Shown here piece after piece: positions 26,697-35,245 of a stretch of DNA of 50,183 bases. Positions within the stretch are counted from its first letter, which is position 1; every line of letters starts with the position of its first letter. Location: the IMG/VR virus record IMGVR_UViG_3300030118_003880, positions 1 to 50,183 of that record; one strand, written 5' to 3'. Both the position numbers and the translations under genes were made by a program. This DNA comes from a virus. Taxonomy: Duplodnaviria > Caudoviricetes. Under the pieces are notes generated by a model. That model searched no databases, was not told the origin of the DNA, and was given only the letters and a program-made list of their open reading frames with translations.

Positions 26697-27153
26697 CGGC
26701 ATCGGTAATTTTTAAGGTTATCATTGAACCATCTTCGCTTACAGAATACTCAATTGTCGTCCCCATAAATTCAAGGGTCCCCGACGTCTGTGGGGTTTCA
26801 CCGAAAAGTTGATCTACAAGTTGTCTTGAAAGTTGTGCATAAATTCTACTTTCAAGGTTCCTTAAAAAACGTTGAAGGGTGGTGTTTTCAAAATCACGTT
26901 TTTGTTGTTCTTTAAGCGCCTTGATTTCGGCAACAATGTCAGCTTTACGATTGAACTCTTGATTTTCAATGGTGAGCCAGTGGCTTGATACCCCGACACC
27001 GGAGAAGCTGGGGTTCTTAAATTTATGCGTTATTTCGTCGGCTTTTAGGTTTTGAATAAAGATCATACCAAACAAAACAATACCAATAATAGCAACAAGA
27101 CGGATTATAAAATCCTTTTCTTTAGCGTCACTTTTGTTTGTTTTTTTTGTCAT
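26647..27153 (-). CDS. csgF: Curli assembly component CsgF-family
   Basis: TM/signal then ADEITHKFKNPSFSG; LESRIYAQLS.QL...LFG; ITD..G.TTEI; upstream of csgG. Confidence 0.8.
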   Translation of the reverse strand: MTKKTNKSDAKEKDFIIRLVAIIGIVLFGMIFIQNLKADEITHKFKNPSFSGVGVSSHWLTIENQEFNRKADIVAEIKALKEQQKRDFENTTLQRFLRNLESRIYAQLSRQLVDQLFGETPQTSGTLEFMGTTIEYSVSEDGSMITLKITDADGNTTEITLPIGSFTF

Positions 27154-27385
27154 TTTCCTTTTGTAATTCTAAAACCGTATTTACCTTTTGCTGTAATCGT
27201 ATCATATCTTGATCTAGTAGGCGAAGTTGATCGGTTAGACGTATGATGGTTTTTTTCATATTATCTATTGCCGGATCAATCGTCCTAGTAATTGTGATCC
27301 AAACGTAATATACAAAATATCCAAGACCAACAACCATGACCGTAGTAAAACCAAACTTTTCTATAAGGCTTACTATGTCCATCAA
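27128..27385 (-). CDS. Small membrane protein (1 TM + coiled coil)
   Basis: SLIE..G...GYF TM segment and DMIR motif. Confidence 0.7.
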   Translation of the reverse strand: MMDIVSLIEKFGFTTVMVVGLGYFVYYVWITITRTIDPAIDNMKKTIIRLTDQLRLLDQDMIRLQQKVNTVLELQKENDKKNKQK

Positions 27386-27675
27386 TCCCTTCTAGCATCT
27401 ATTTTCCCATCTTCAACAAAGTTTTCGGCACGGGCGATTCTATCTAAATCGGGCGGTAAATTTAACGCACTTGAAACACTTGTATCAATCCGGATCATAT
27501 CATTATTCATAATGGACGCCCTAGTGATCAACATTTTAGAAATACCTTCTACGGTCTTAATATCGTCCACTAGATTACCCATTAATTGTTTCATAATTAG
27601 GAATATAAAATATCCCATAACAAGACCACCGGCTATCGGTAATCCTACATCTTCTATAAGACTAAATACTTCCAA
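27382..27675 (-). CDS. Small membrane protein (1 TM + coiled coil)
   Basis: TTG start with GAGG RBS; SLIE..G...GYF and DMIR. Confidence 0.7.
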   Translation of the reverse strand: MEVFSLIEDVGLPIAGGLVMGYFIFLIMKQLMGNLVDDIKTVEGISKMLITRASIMNNDMIRIDTSVSSALNLPPDLDRIARAENFVEDGKIDARRD

Positions 27676-28053
27676 TTAGTCCTCGCCTTTGAATGATTTT
27701 GAACTACCCGAAGTACCGGCATATAAACCGAACCATGCGGCACCGGCACCAACGATCACCGATATTAAACCGCTTTGTTCAAAATTTGGGGCTTCTAAAG
27801 CCATAAACCACATCGTAGATTTATAAAGTAATACTATATAAACCGTCAAAAATAGTCTTGGAAATATACGCCAACTATCAACCGCCCTAGCTAAATGAAT
27901 CCAACGTTGATGCGGATTCACTTTATCGGCGGATTCTAAATCCCGTATTTTATCTTTTAAATCTGAAATTTCTTGAATCATAGCCATAAACTTATTCAAA
28001 TCCATTTCTACTTCATTGCGGTCCATGTCACCGCCAAATCTACCGTCATTCAT
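27676..28053 (-). CDS. 2-TM membrane protein (holin-like)
   Basis: DSWRIFPR followed by two TM helices. Confidence 0.65.
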   Translation of the reverse strand: MNDGRFGGDMDRNEVEMDLNKFMAMIQEISDLKDKIRDLESADKVNPHQRWIHLARAVDSWRIFPRLFLTVYIVLLYKSTMWFMALEAPNFEQSGLISVIVGAGAAWFGLYAGTSGSSKSFKGED

Positions 28054-28055
28054 AA

Positions 28056-28424
28056 TTATCCTCCTATAATATAATCGGCATACCTTTTTAAACCTTCCAA
28101 ACGTTGCGAATCGTTTTCATGGTGATTTTTTATCCATGTAGCTAAATCATTTGGAATATTTAATTCGTCATACTTTTTGAAATCGGTTCTATCTTCATAT
28201 TCAGGTTCCGCAATAATATTGTCGTCAGCATCATATTTTTGTCTTGAATGTGGTATTACTTTATCCACACAATCTAAAGGAAAATTTAAACTTAAAGTAA
28301 GATTACATGATTTACCATCACTTCTAGCAACGCCAACCGTATATTGTATTTGCGTAATTACTTTTTCATTTTTGTAAATCTTGAAAGAATGTGTGTCTAT
28401 CGTATATGTAAAAGTGTAAGTCAT
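28056..28424 (-). CDS. Hypothetical protein after the tail tip gene
   Basis: 122-aa ORF, tightly packed. Confidence 0.65.
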   Translation of the reverse strand: MTYTFTYTIDTHSFKIYKNEKVITQIQYTVGVARSDGKSCNLTLSLNFPLDCVDKVIPHSRQKYDADDNIIAEPEYEDRTDFKKYDELNIPNDLATWIKNHHENDSQRLEGLKRYADYIIGG

Positions 28425-28426
28425 AA

Positions 28427-31400
28427 TTAATTCAATTGTGTAGTTGTTTCAAATCCACCACCGGCACCACCGGATCCGCCACCACCCGAATATGTTGGTG
28501 TATATGTACCCGCCGTTTGTACGCTAAATGTGATCGCCGTACCACCTATTTCTACCGTTGCCGTTCTTGTAGTACCGGCGGTAGCACTTGCGGTCAATCT
28601 TATTTCAAAAGTTTGGTTTGCCGAAATCGTACCGGCACTTGCCGCATTGACAAAAGTACCACCATTTATAGAAACTAAAGCGGAAGAATTACCGGAAAGA
28701 TTTACTTGTTTTGTACCGGTGAATCCGGATACCGTGACGGTTCCCGAATCTTGCGTAGAACTTGCGGTGGCACCGGTGACGGCGGATATTGAAGTAGGAT
28801 TAAATGTGACCGTTTCAGCACCAAATCTAACCGCCCTAGCTTTTACAAGACAAGTTGTGGTTGTGTCGGTTGAATCCGCATTTATGAATAAATTAAGCGC
28901 CGTATTAGAAGTATGAAAATATGCAAATTCTAAGTGCATAACGGGCAAATCAGCACCATGACCAAAAGCGTCACCGGCATCGTAATATTGATTTCCTTCT
29001 TTTATACCGATAGGAAAATATTTTGTGTAAACGGTGGTGCTACCCGATTTTAAATCAATGTGTATAGATGCACCCCTAATTCTATCGCTTTGAGCGTCGG
29101 TAATATCAAAAGAAACGGTCCCCATATAAAATCCCGCACCGTCACCGATAGATCCTAAACTAACTTGTGTCATAGTAGAAAAAATATTTACGGTTTGTCC
29201 GGCGGTTGCGGTACCTTCCGTTGGTAAAAATAATTCATCTAGTTTTAACAAAGAAGTATTTATAGTTCCGGCGTTCAAAGCACCCGCATTGATGTTTTGT
29301 GTACCCGCCGCTAAACTTTGTACTACATTTGCCACGTTTGTTTGTGTTCCGGTAATACTACCCGTTATGTCCGCTTTTGCTACCGAATTTACATTATTGG
29401 TATCGTTGGACGTTCCTTGACTTGTGACAACATCGGAACTAGCAAGATCATTATTATTTTCATCAACCAAATTATCATCAAGTTTTGCCCCTACGGTTGC
29501 ACCCGCTTCTATACCCGCAAGTTTTGTACCGGTTCCCGATTCTAAAGAATCAAGATCTGAAAGACCGACATTTGTTTTGCTAAGTGTTTGTGTACCGGAT
29601 CCGGCGTTATTTAGACCTAACGTAGTACCACTTAACGACAAAGTAATTTGATTATTTTTTATTGCATTTGGCGCATTGGTCAAATCAAGTTTTACTTGTG
29701 CATCATTTGTCACATTTCCTAAACCGACATCGGTCGCCGTAGTTCCAGATCTAATATTTGACACACTTACATTTCCAACATTGCCAAGACCGACATCGGC
29801 TTTTGACAAGAATATAGATCCACTTCCGGCATTGTCTAACGATATGTTGCCGTCCGAATCTTTTGACAATGTGACTTGATCATTTTTTATAGCGTTTGGT
29901 GCGTTTGTAAGATCCGTTTTTACGGCACCAAGACCCGTAGCGGTCACCGTACCACCACCCGCATTAGAAAGAACACCACCCGCACTAATACTTATTTGAC
30001 TATTTTTAAGGGCGTTCTTGGCTTGTAAAGATCCACTTGAAACTTCCAAATCACTAGAATTTATTGTTAGATTAGAAAGATCATCTTTTACTTGTGCGTC
30101 ATTTGTGACATTACCTAATCCAACCATTCCTTTAGAAACACCGGCTACGGTACCGGTAAAAGTCGGATCGGCAAACATTGTAGCTTTAGATTCATTTGTG
30201 ACGTTGCCTAGACCTACATGATCGGCGTCAACATTAGAATTTAATATTCCGGCGGGTGCGCCCGAAAGATCCGCCCTTACTTGTGCGGCATTTATTACAT
30301 TACCTAAACCGACATCGCCTTTAGCAAAAGACACACTTCCCGCACCACCACCGGATAGTGATAGCGCACCGGATCCACTTTTTGATAAAGTAATCTGATT
30401 ATTTTTAAGTGCATTTTTAGCTTGTAAACTTCCGCTTGAAACTTCTAAATCGGAAGAATTTATAGTCAAGTTTGATAGATCATCTTTTACTTGTGCGTGG
30501 TTGGTCACATTAGATAAACCAACATCGCTATTATCTAAAGTAATACTTCCGCTTCCGGCATTGTCTAAAGACAAAGCACCGGATCCATCTTTTGAAATTG
30601 TTATTTGGTCATTCTTTATAGCGTTAGGTGCGTTGGACAAATCGGTTTTTACTTGTGCGGCATTAAGAACATTGCCTAATCCAACATCGGAATTATCAAA
30701 AGAAACATCGCTACTTGACCCGCTACCACCCGTCAATCTAACCGCACCACTTACCTTAGATATGCTTATATCGTCGTTTTGGATTGATTTAGAAGCGTCT
30801 GACGGGTCTTGTCCTAACCTTAATCGGTCAAGTTTTGTCCTTTCCGCCGAAGTAAATACATTGACACCGGTTGCCGTACCGTCGTCTAAGGAAAAGTTAA
30901 ATGCACCTTCGGTAGATCCATCGGCAAAAGTAGTTTTGTTAGGTTTGACGCTAAATGCGTTGCCCGAACCTACTAGATCCGATTCTACTATTTCACCCCT
31001 TATATCCGCCGAAGATTTATCTTCTACATTAGATAAATTAATATCAACTTTATCATAAACACTATATGACCCACTTACGGAATCGGTGAAAGCGGAATGT
31101 GTACCATTATGCGTTATTGCCCTTAACCAAAAGAAATATGTTGTACCGGCGGTCAATCCGTCCATTTGACCTTGAAAGAATCTTGATACGGCATTTGGTT
31201 CACCGTTCATTGTATGCACTAAATTAGTATCGTTGGTCGGCGTAGAATCTACGGTTTTTCTATAAACTTTTATTGCCCTTAAATTACTATTTGATGGGTT
31301 GGTCCATTTTAAAAGAATACCAACACGATTACTTGTAGCCGTGAAAGATGTTGGTGCGGCTAAAGAACTAGGATCGGTTATAGCAATATTGACCGGTGTT

Positions 31401-33271
31401 GTGTAATCACTTGCAACACCATTTAAATCTAAATGTTTGACTTTTACATTATAAGTTTTTCCAACAACTACATTTGGTATCAAAGCCGTTGAAACGCCTT
31501 TTCCTACAAAAATATCACCGGTAAAATTTGTGTCCGTAGAAAGTTTATATGCGACTTCCGTACCAATTATTTTATCGCTTTGTATGTTGGTCCAAGATGC
31601 TAAAATATCGGCTTTGAAAGTAGCACCTTCAATTTCACTTCTTTGTGATAAAGATAATCCGGTTGGTGCCGATACCGAATAATCACCGCCATCGTCCCCG
31701 CCGCCTTCATCAATCGGGTCTTGATAATCACTTGTTGCATAATTAAAGACCGCCGCTTCTACTTCTTTTAGATTTAAACGATTACCAATAATAACGGTAT
31801 CGCCTTGATTAGAAACTTCAATAGACGATGATATAACTTCAAAAACTTTTTGACTAAATCCTAGTCTTTCATTTGTCACATATACCCAATCATTAGGTTG
31901 TAATCTAAAAAATTTAAGACTTGTAAAAAGACTTATAGTGGTGGTTTGCCTTTGACTTAGTAAAGAAATTTTAGCTATTCTTTGTGCCATCGTACCGGAA
32001 GTAGTAAATGGCAATTGTACTTCTAACATTTTTTTATAATTCGCCGACGATTCACCCGAAGGTGTGTCATTTGCTAAAAGTGTGGAATCTTCAAAAACAA
32101 TTCCGTCCACACTATTAAAATTATTATTTTTATCAATATGAATTGGTTTTACGGCATTAAAAAGTTCACCGCTTTGCGGATTGGTTGCTACTTGTACCGC
32201 ATCTAATAAATGATCATCGGTAATAGTTAAAGACGGTGTTTGTGAAGCACCGGCAAAAATATTAAATTTACCATTTGTATAAGATATTCTTCCGGCACAA
32301 GAAGAAAGTAAAACTTCTAAGACCGCACTACCATCGGCGGACATATTGGTAAATCCATTACACGTATATCTAGTTTCGGTTCCGGACGGTGCTAAATTTA
32401 CGGTTTGATCGCAAACATTAGCCGCCGCCGCAAATCCACCCGCCGTTGTGGCATCGTTTATTTCTTCGTTTCTTGCTTTCAATCCATAAGTAGTATTTGA
32501 AATATAATCACGAATACACAAAGCCGGATTATCTGAAAATGCCGTTGCATTGGTTCTAGGATCAAAAACCTTTTTACCTTTTATTTCAAAAGATATTTGT
32601 GGTACACCACCACCAAACGCTTCGGCATCAAAAGCCATTTGTATATATACAAAAGCACAATCTTTACCAATATGATTTTGTCCGATACTTGATACTTGGG
32701 CGACCATAAATTGATTCGCCGTAGTTTGCGATCCATCTTCAAAAACAAATCTAATAAGCGTTCCGGAATTGTCAAAAGCATTATCGTTATCGGTATTACG
32801 GAATTTGGAATTTGTGACTTTAAATACAGTTTCACTATTTATAGTCGTGGTGCTTGTGGTTAGGGTAGTATCATTTATTTTTATTTTTTCTAATGATTGA
32901 ATTTCGTGACCGGCTAAAACTATAACACCATGAAATATAGAATTATCGGTACCCGAAGTGGACATATGAACGTATGTACCACCAACCCTACATTGACCAT
33001 ATACTATTTGTCTTGGTGTTATTGCACCCCTAGCCGCAAATTTGGCACCAAAATTATCACCACCGGCGGCGCCACCTTTTGACCCCATGCCACCAACAAG
33101 ACCACCAACTAAGGTAGTTATGAAAGTAAATACCGCCATACCGGTTGCGGTTAATGTGCCGGTAGCGACAAAAGTCAATTGTGTTAAAGTAGCCCCAAAA
33201 CCAACGGTAGCGGCACCGGCGGTAAATACGATAGCCGCCGCAACTAAAGCGGCTTTGATTACCTTAGACAT
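28427..33271 (-). CDS. Tail tip / central fibre protein
   Basis: 1614 aa; PRQIVYG..RVGG, KG.KV.DPR, SDNPALCIRDY, FN3-like domains, VGLGNV fibre repeats. Confidence 0.88.
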   Translation of the reverse strand: MSKVIKAALVAAAIVFTAGAATVGFGATLTQLTFVATGTLTATGMAVFTFITTLVGGLVGGMGSKGGAAGGDNFGAKFAARGAITPRQIVYGQCRVGGTYVHMSTSGTDNSIFHGVIVLAGHEIQSLEKIKINDTTLTTSTTTINSETVFKVTNSKFRNTDNDNAFDNSGTLIRFVFEDGSQTTANQFMVAQVSSIGQNHIGKDCAFVYIQMAFDAEAFGGGVPQISFEIKGKKVFDPRTNATAFSDNPALCIRDYISNTTYGLKARNEEINDATTAGGFAAAANVCDQTVNLAPSGTETRYTCNGFTNMSADGSAVLEVLLSSCAGRISYTNGKFNIFAGASQTPSLTITDDHLLDAVQVATNPQSGELFNAVKPIHIDKNNNFNSVDGIVFEDSTLLANDTPSGESSANYKKMLEVQLPFTTSGTMAQRIAKISLLSQRQTTTISLFTSLKFFRLQPNDWVYVTNERLGFSQKVFEVISSSIEVSNQGDTVIIGNRLNLKEVEAAVFNYATSDYQDPIDEGGGDDGGDYSVSAPTGLSLSQRSEIEGATFKADILASWTNIQSDKIIGTEVAYKLSTDTNFTGDIFVGKGVSTALIPNVVVGKTYNVKVKHLDLNGVASDYTTPVNIAITDPSSLAAPTSFTATSNRVGILLKWTNPSNSNLRAIKVYRKTVDSTPTNDTNLVHTMNGEPNAVSRFFQGQMDGLTAGTTYFFWLRAITHNGTHSAFTDSVSGSYSVYDKVDINLSNVEDKSSADIRGEIVESDLVGSGNAFSVKPNKTTFADGSTEGAFNFSLDDGTATGVNVFTSAERTKLDRLRLGQDPSDASKSIQNDDISISKVSGAVRLTGGSGSSSDVSFDNSDVGLGNVLNAAQVKTDLSNAPNAIKNDQITISKDGSGALSLDNAGSGSITLDNSDVGLSNVTNHAQVKDDLSNLTINSSDLEVSSGSLQAKNALKNNQITLSKSGSGALSLSGGGAGSVSFAKGDVGLGNVINAAQVRADLSGAPAGILNSNVDADHVGLGNVTNESKATMFADPTFTGTVAGVSKGMVGLGNVTNDAQVKDDLSNLTINSSDLEVSSGSLQAKNALKNSQISISAGGVLSNAGGGTVTATGLGAVKTDLTNAPNAIKNDQVTLSKDSDGNISLDNAGSGSIFLSKADVGLGNVGNVSVSNIRSGTTATDVGLGNVTNDAQVKLDLTNAPNAIKNNQITLSLSGTTLGLNNAGSGTQTLSKTNVGLSDLDSLESGTGTKLAGIEAGATVGAKLDDNLVDENNNDLASSDVVTSQGTSNDTNNVNSVAKADITGSITGTQTNVANVVQSLAAGTQNINAGALNAGTINTSLLKLDELFLPTEGTATAGQTVNIFSTMTQVSLGSIGDGAGFYMGTVSFDITDAQSDRIRGASIHIDLKSGSTTVYTKYFPIGIKEGNQYYDAGDAFGHGADLPVMHLEFAYFHTSNTALNLFINADSTDTTTTCLVKARAVRFGAETVTFNPTSISAVTGATASSTQDSGTVTVSGFTGTKQVNLSGNSSALVSINGGTFVNAASAGTISANQTFEIRLTASATAGTTRTATVEIGGTAITFSVQTAGTYTPTYSGGGGSGGAGGGFETTTQLN
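29560..31040 (-). repeat. Intragenic (D)VGLGNVxN..QVK.DL fibre repeats
   Basis: About 8-9 degenerate copies in the translation; QVKDDLSNLTINSSDLEVSSGSLQAKNALKN occurs twice; boundaries approximate. Confidence 0.8.
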
Positions 33272-33704
33272 TTAATCTCCAAGCGTGGGTAATTTCAATT
33301 TCTTGTTTACAATGTAATCCGGAATCTTCTACACACAAAGCACCATTTCCATCATGTATAGCACTTATAGAATCGCCATCGCCACCTAATATTTTGAATA
33401 CAATAAGATCGCCTTTGGTAGCAAAAGGTGGTTGAATCTTGGACCAACCCTTCTTTTTTTTCATGGCATTTTCTATTCCTTGCGCTAATCCTTTGCCATT
33501 AGATAATTTATCTATTGCTTTAAATGCTTCTTCTTCGGTTTTCCAATTCTTCCATGATTTAGGTAAAAGGCTTTCACCGGTGATTTTTTTGACTAAAGCA
33601 TTTGACATACAAATACAGTCCCAAGAACCCCAAGCAAAAGGTTTATTTTTATGCTTGTCTATAAATTCGGCAAAATCAATTTCCCAATCTATTTTCTTTT
33701 TCAT
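33264..33704 (-). CDS. NlpC/P60-like tail-associated protein
   Basis: PFAWGSWDC and GDL motifs; position before the tail tip. Confidence 0.75.
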   Translation of the reverse strand: MKKKIDWEIDFAEFIDKHKNKPFAWGSWDCICMSNALVKKITGESLLPKSWKNWKTEEEAFKAIDKLSNGKGLAQGIENAMKKKKGWSKIQPPFATKGDLIVFKILGGDGDSISAIHDGNGALCVEDSGLHCKQEIEITHAWRLNV

Positions 33705-34345
33705 TATTTTAAAGCTATATTCCTATTTACATTATCATTACGACCACCGCCACCGCCGCCGCCACCGCCGCCGCTAGTATTAGATCTACCCCAAACAATT
33801 TCTTTATCTTGTAATGATGCTACTTGATTAAAAAAAAGATCGCCGGTATGTAAAAATTCTTGACTTTCTTTTGTGTTTCTAAGATTAGATGGTCTTTGTA
33901 GGTCAATCAATCTATTTTCGGCTTGTATGCTTATTGTAGCGCCTTCCGGCGTATCGTTTACGGTCATTGAAGTCATACGTCCTTTGAATAAAACAATTGT
34001 ACCGGCGACTTCTAAGGACCCACCCATAAGATAACCAATGAAGCAAGTTATATCCCTATTTTGATAATTTTCCGTCAACGCAAGATTTAGTACGCTAGAA
34101 TCCATACCCGTTAATGAAACTTGCATACCGGCGGAAGAAAGATCGGAAGATTCTTCGGCGGGTTGCACGGATAGCAATTGTCCGGCACCTAAATAAGTTT
34201 CACTATCAAAAGCCAAATCTTCGGTGCCATTCCATACCCTAATAACTTCGGTATCAAATTCCGCTTTCAAAGCAAGAAAAATTTGTTCGTCGTCTTGCCC
34301 TAACCTATTTTCTAAATGGGTATTTATTCCCGTTCTTGTAGCCAA
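33704..34345 (-). CDS. Tail hub / minor tail protein
   Basis: YLGAG.L.SV, LF.GRM, ENRL.DL.R, IVWG; TTG start. Confidence 0.75.
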   Translation of the reverse strand: MATRTGINTHLENRLGQDDEQIFLALKAEFDTEVIRVWNGTEDLAFDSETYLGAGQLLSVQPAEESSDLSSAGMQVSLTGMDSSVLNLALTENYQNRDITCFIGYLMGGSLEVAGTIVLFKGRMTSMTVNDTPEGATISIQAENRLIDLQRPSNLRNTKESQEFLHTGDLFFNQVASLQDKEIVWGRSNTSGGGGGGGGGGRNDNVNRNIALK

Positions 34346-35245
34346 TCAAATTACCTCCACAACCGAAAAACTAATTCCGTAATTAGAAATCTTGTCGGCT
34401 TTCCAATTTACTTCATTACCGGCTAATCTAAATAAACCTTTTGGGTTTGCAAATCTAACAAAATTACCGGCAAAGTTAGTTCTTAATTTTGGTTGTATTG
34501 CAACGGAAAAATCGTTTTTATCACCGCTTTGGTTTGTTTCCGTCGCATCTTCGGTCACATAAACTAATTGTATTGGGTCAACGGCGTTGTTTGTTGAACT
34601 ACCAAGTAAACCTAAATAATCACCTTGTTTAATTGTACCCGTAGCGACGTTTGTGGTCGCACGTAAGGACAATGCTTCGGCACCTTTGACGTTTTGCTTG
34701 ACCTTACAACTTGCGGTGTTAGATTCGGTTGTAAGGGTGCTATCGGTCACGACAACCGTATTACTTGTGACGGTGGTTATTTTGTGTGTGCCGTTATTTT
34801 CTTCATTTGTAGCACCGGTAATATGAATAAAATCACCAACCCTAGCGGCACCAAAAGTAGAAGCGTTTGCGGTCACCGTGCTACCCGAAAAAGAAAGTGT
34901 CACATCATCATTATTAATTCTTTGTTCACCTTTTAAAAATGTTCCGTTAAATGTTCCCATATTTACTAAAGCGTCCGGATCCGCAAAATGAAAATTATTT
35001 ATTGGTCCTTTACAATTCAAAAGAAAACTTTGCCATTGTACGGCTTGTGATCTTCGCATTGGCGGTAAAGAAAAATTGCCTTGCCAAAATACACCGTCAA
35101 ATTCTTGGTTTCTTTGTTTTCCCGTAAATGGTGAAACCGTAGTTCCAATAGTTCTAAACAATGAAAATTCACTTGATGTAAAGTTTGGAGAACTTGGCAT
35201 AGTAATAATTTTAGCCACCTGATAACCCCCTTCTAAAAGCGCCAC
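34346..35245 (-). CDS. Distal tail protein with inserted domain
   Basis: SPFTG..., W...FSLPP, F..PKG.FRL; follows the tape measure. Confidence 0.7.
   Translation of the reverse strand: MALLEGGYQVAKIITMPSSPNFTSSEFSLFRTIGTTVSPFTGKQRNQEFDGVFWQGNFSLPPMRRSQAVQWQSFLLNCKGPINNFHFADPDALVNMGTFNGTFLKGEQRINNDDVTLSFSGSTVTANASTFGAARVGDFIHITGATNEENNGTHKITTVTSNTVVVTDSTLTTESNTASCKVKQNVKGAEALSLRATTNVATGTIKQGDYLGLLGSSTNNAVDPIQLVYVTEDATETNQSGDKNDFSVAIQPKLRTNFAGNFVRFANPKGLFRLAGNEVNWKADKISNYGISFSVVEVI

Noticed and set aside
28427-29300. Diversity-generating retroelement target in the tail tip C-terminus
   Set aside because: No reverse transcriptase and no template/variable repeat pair seen
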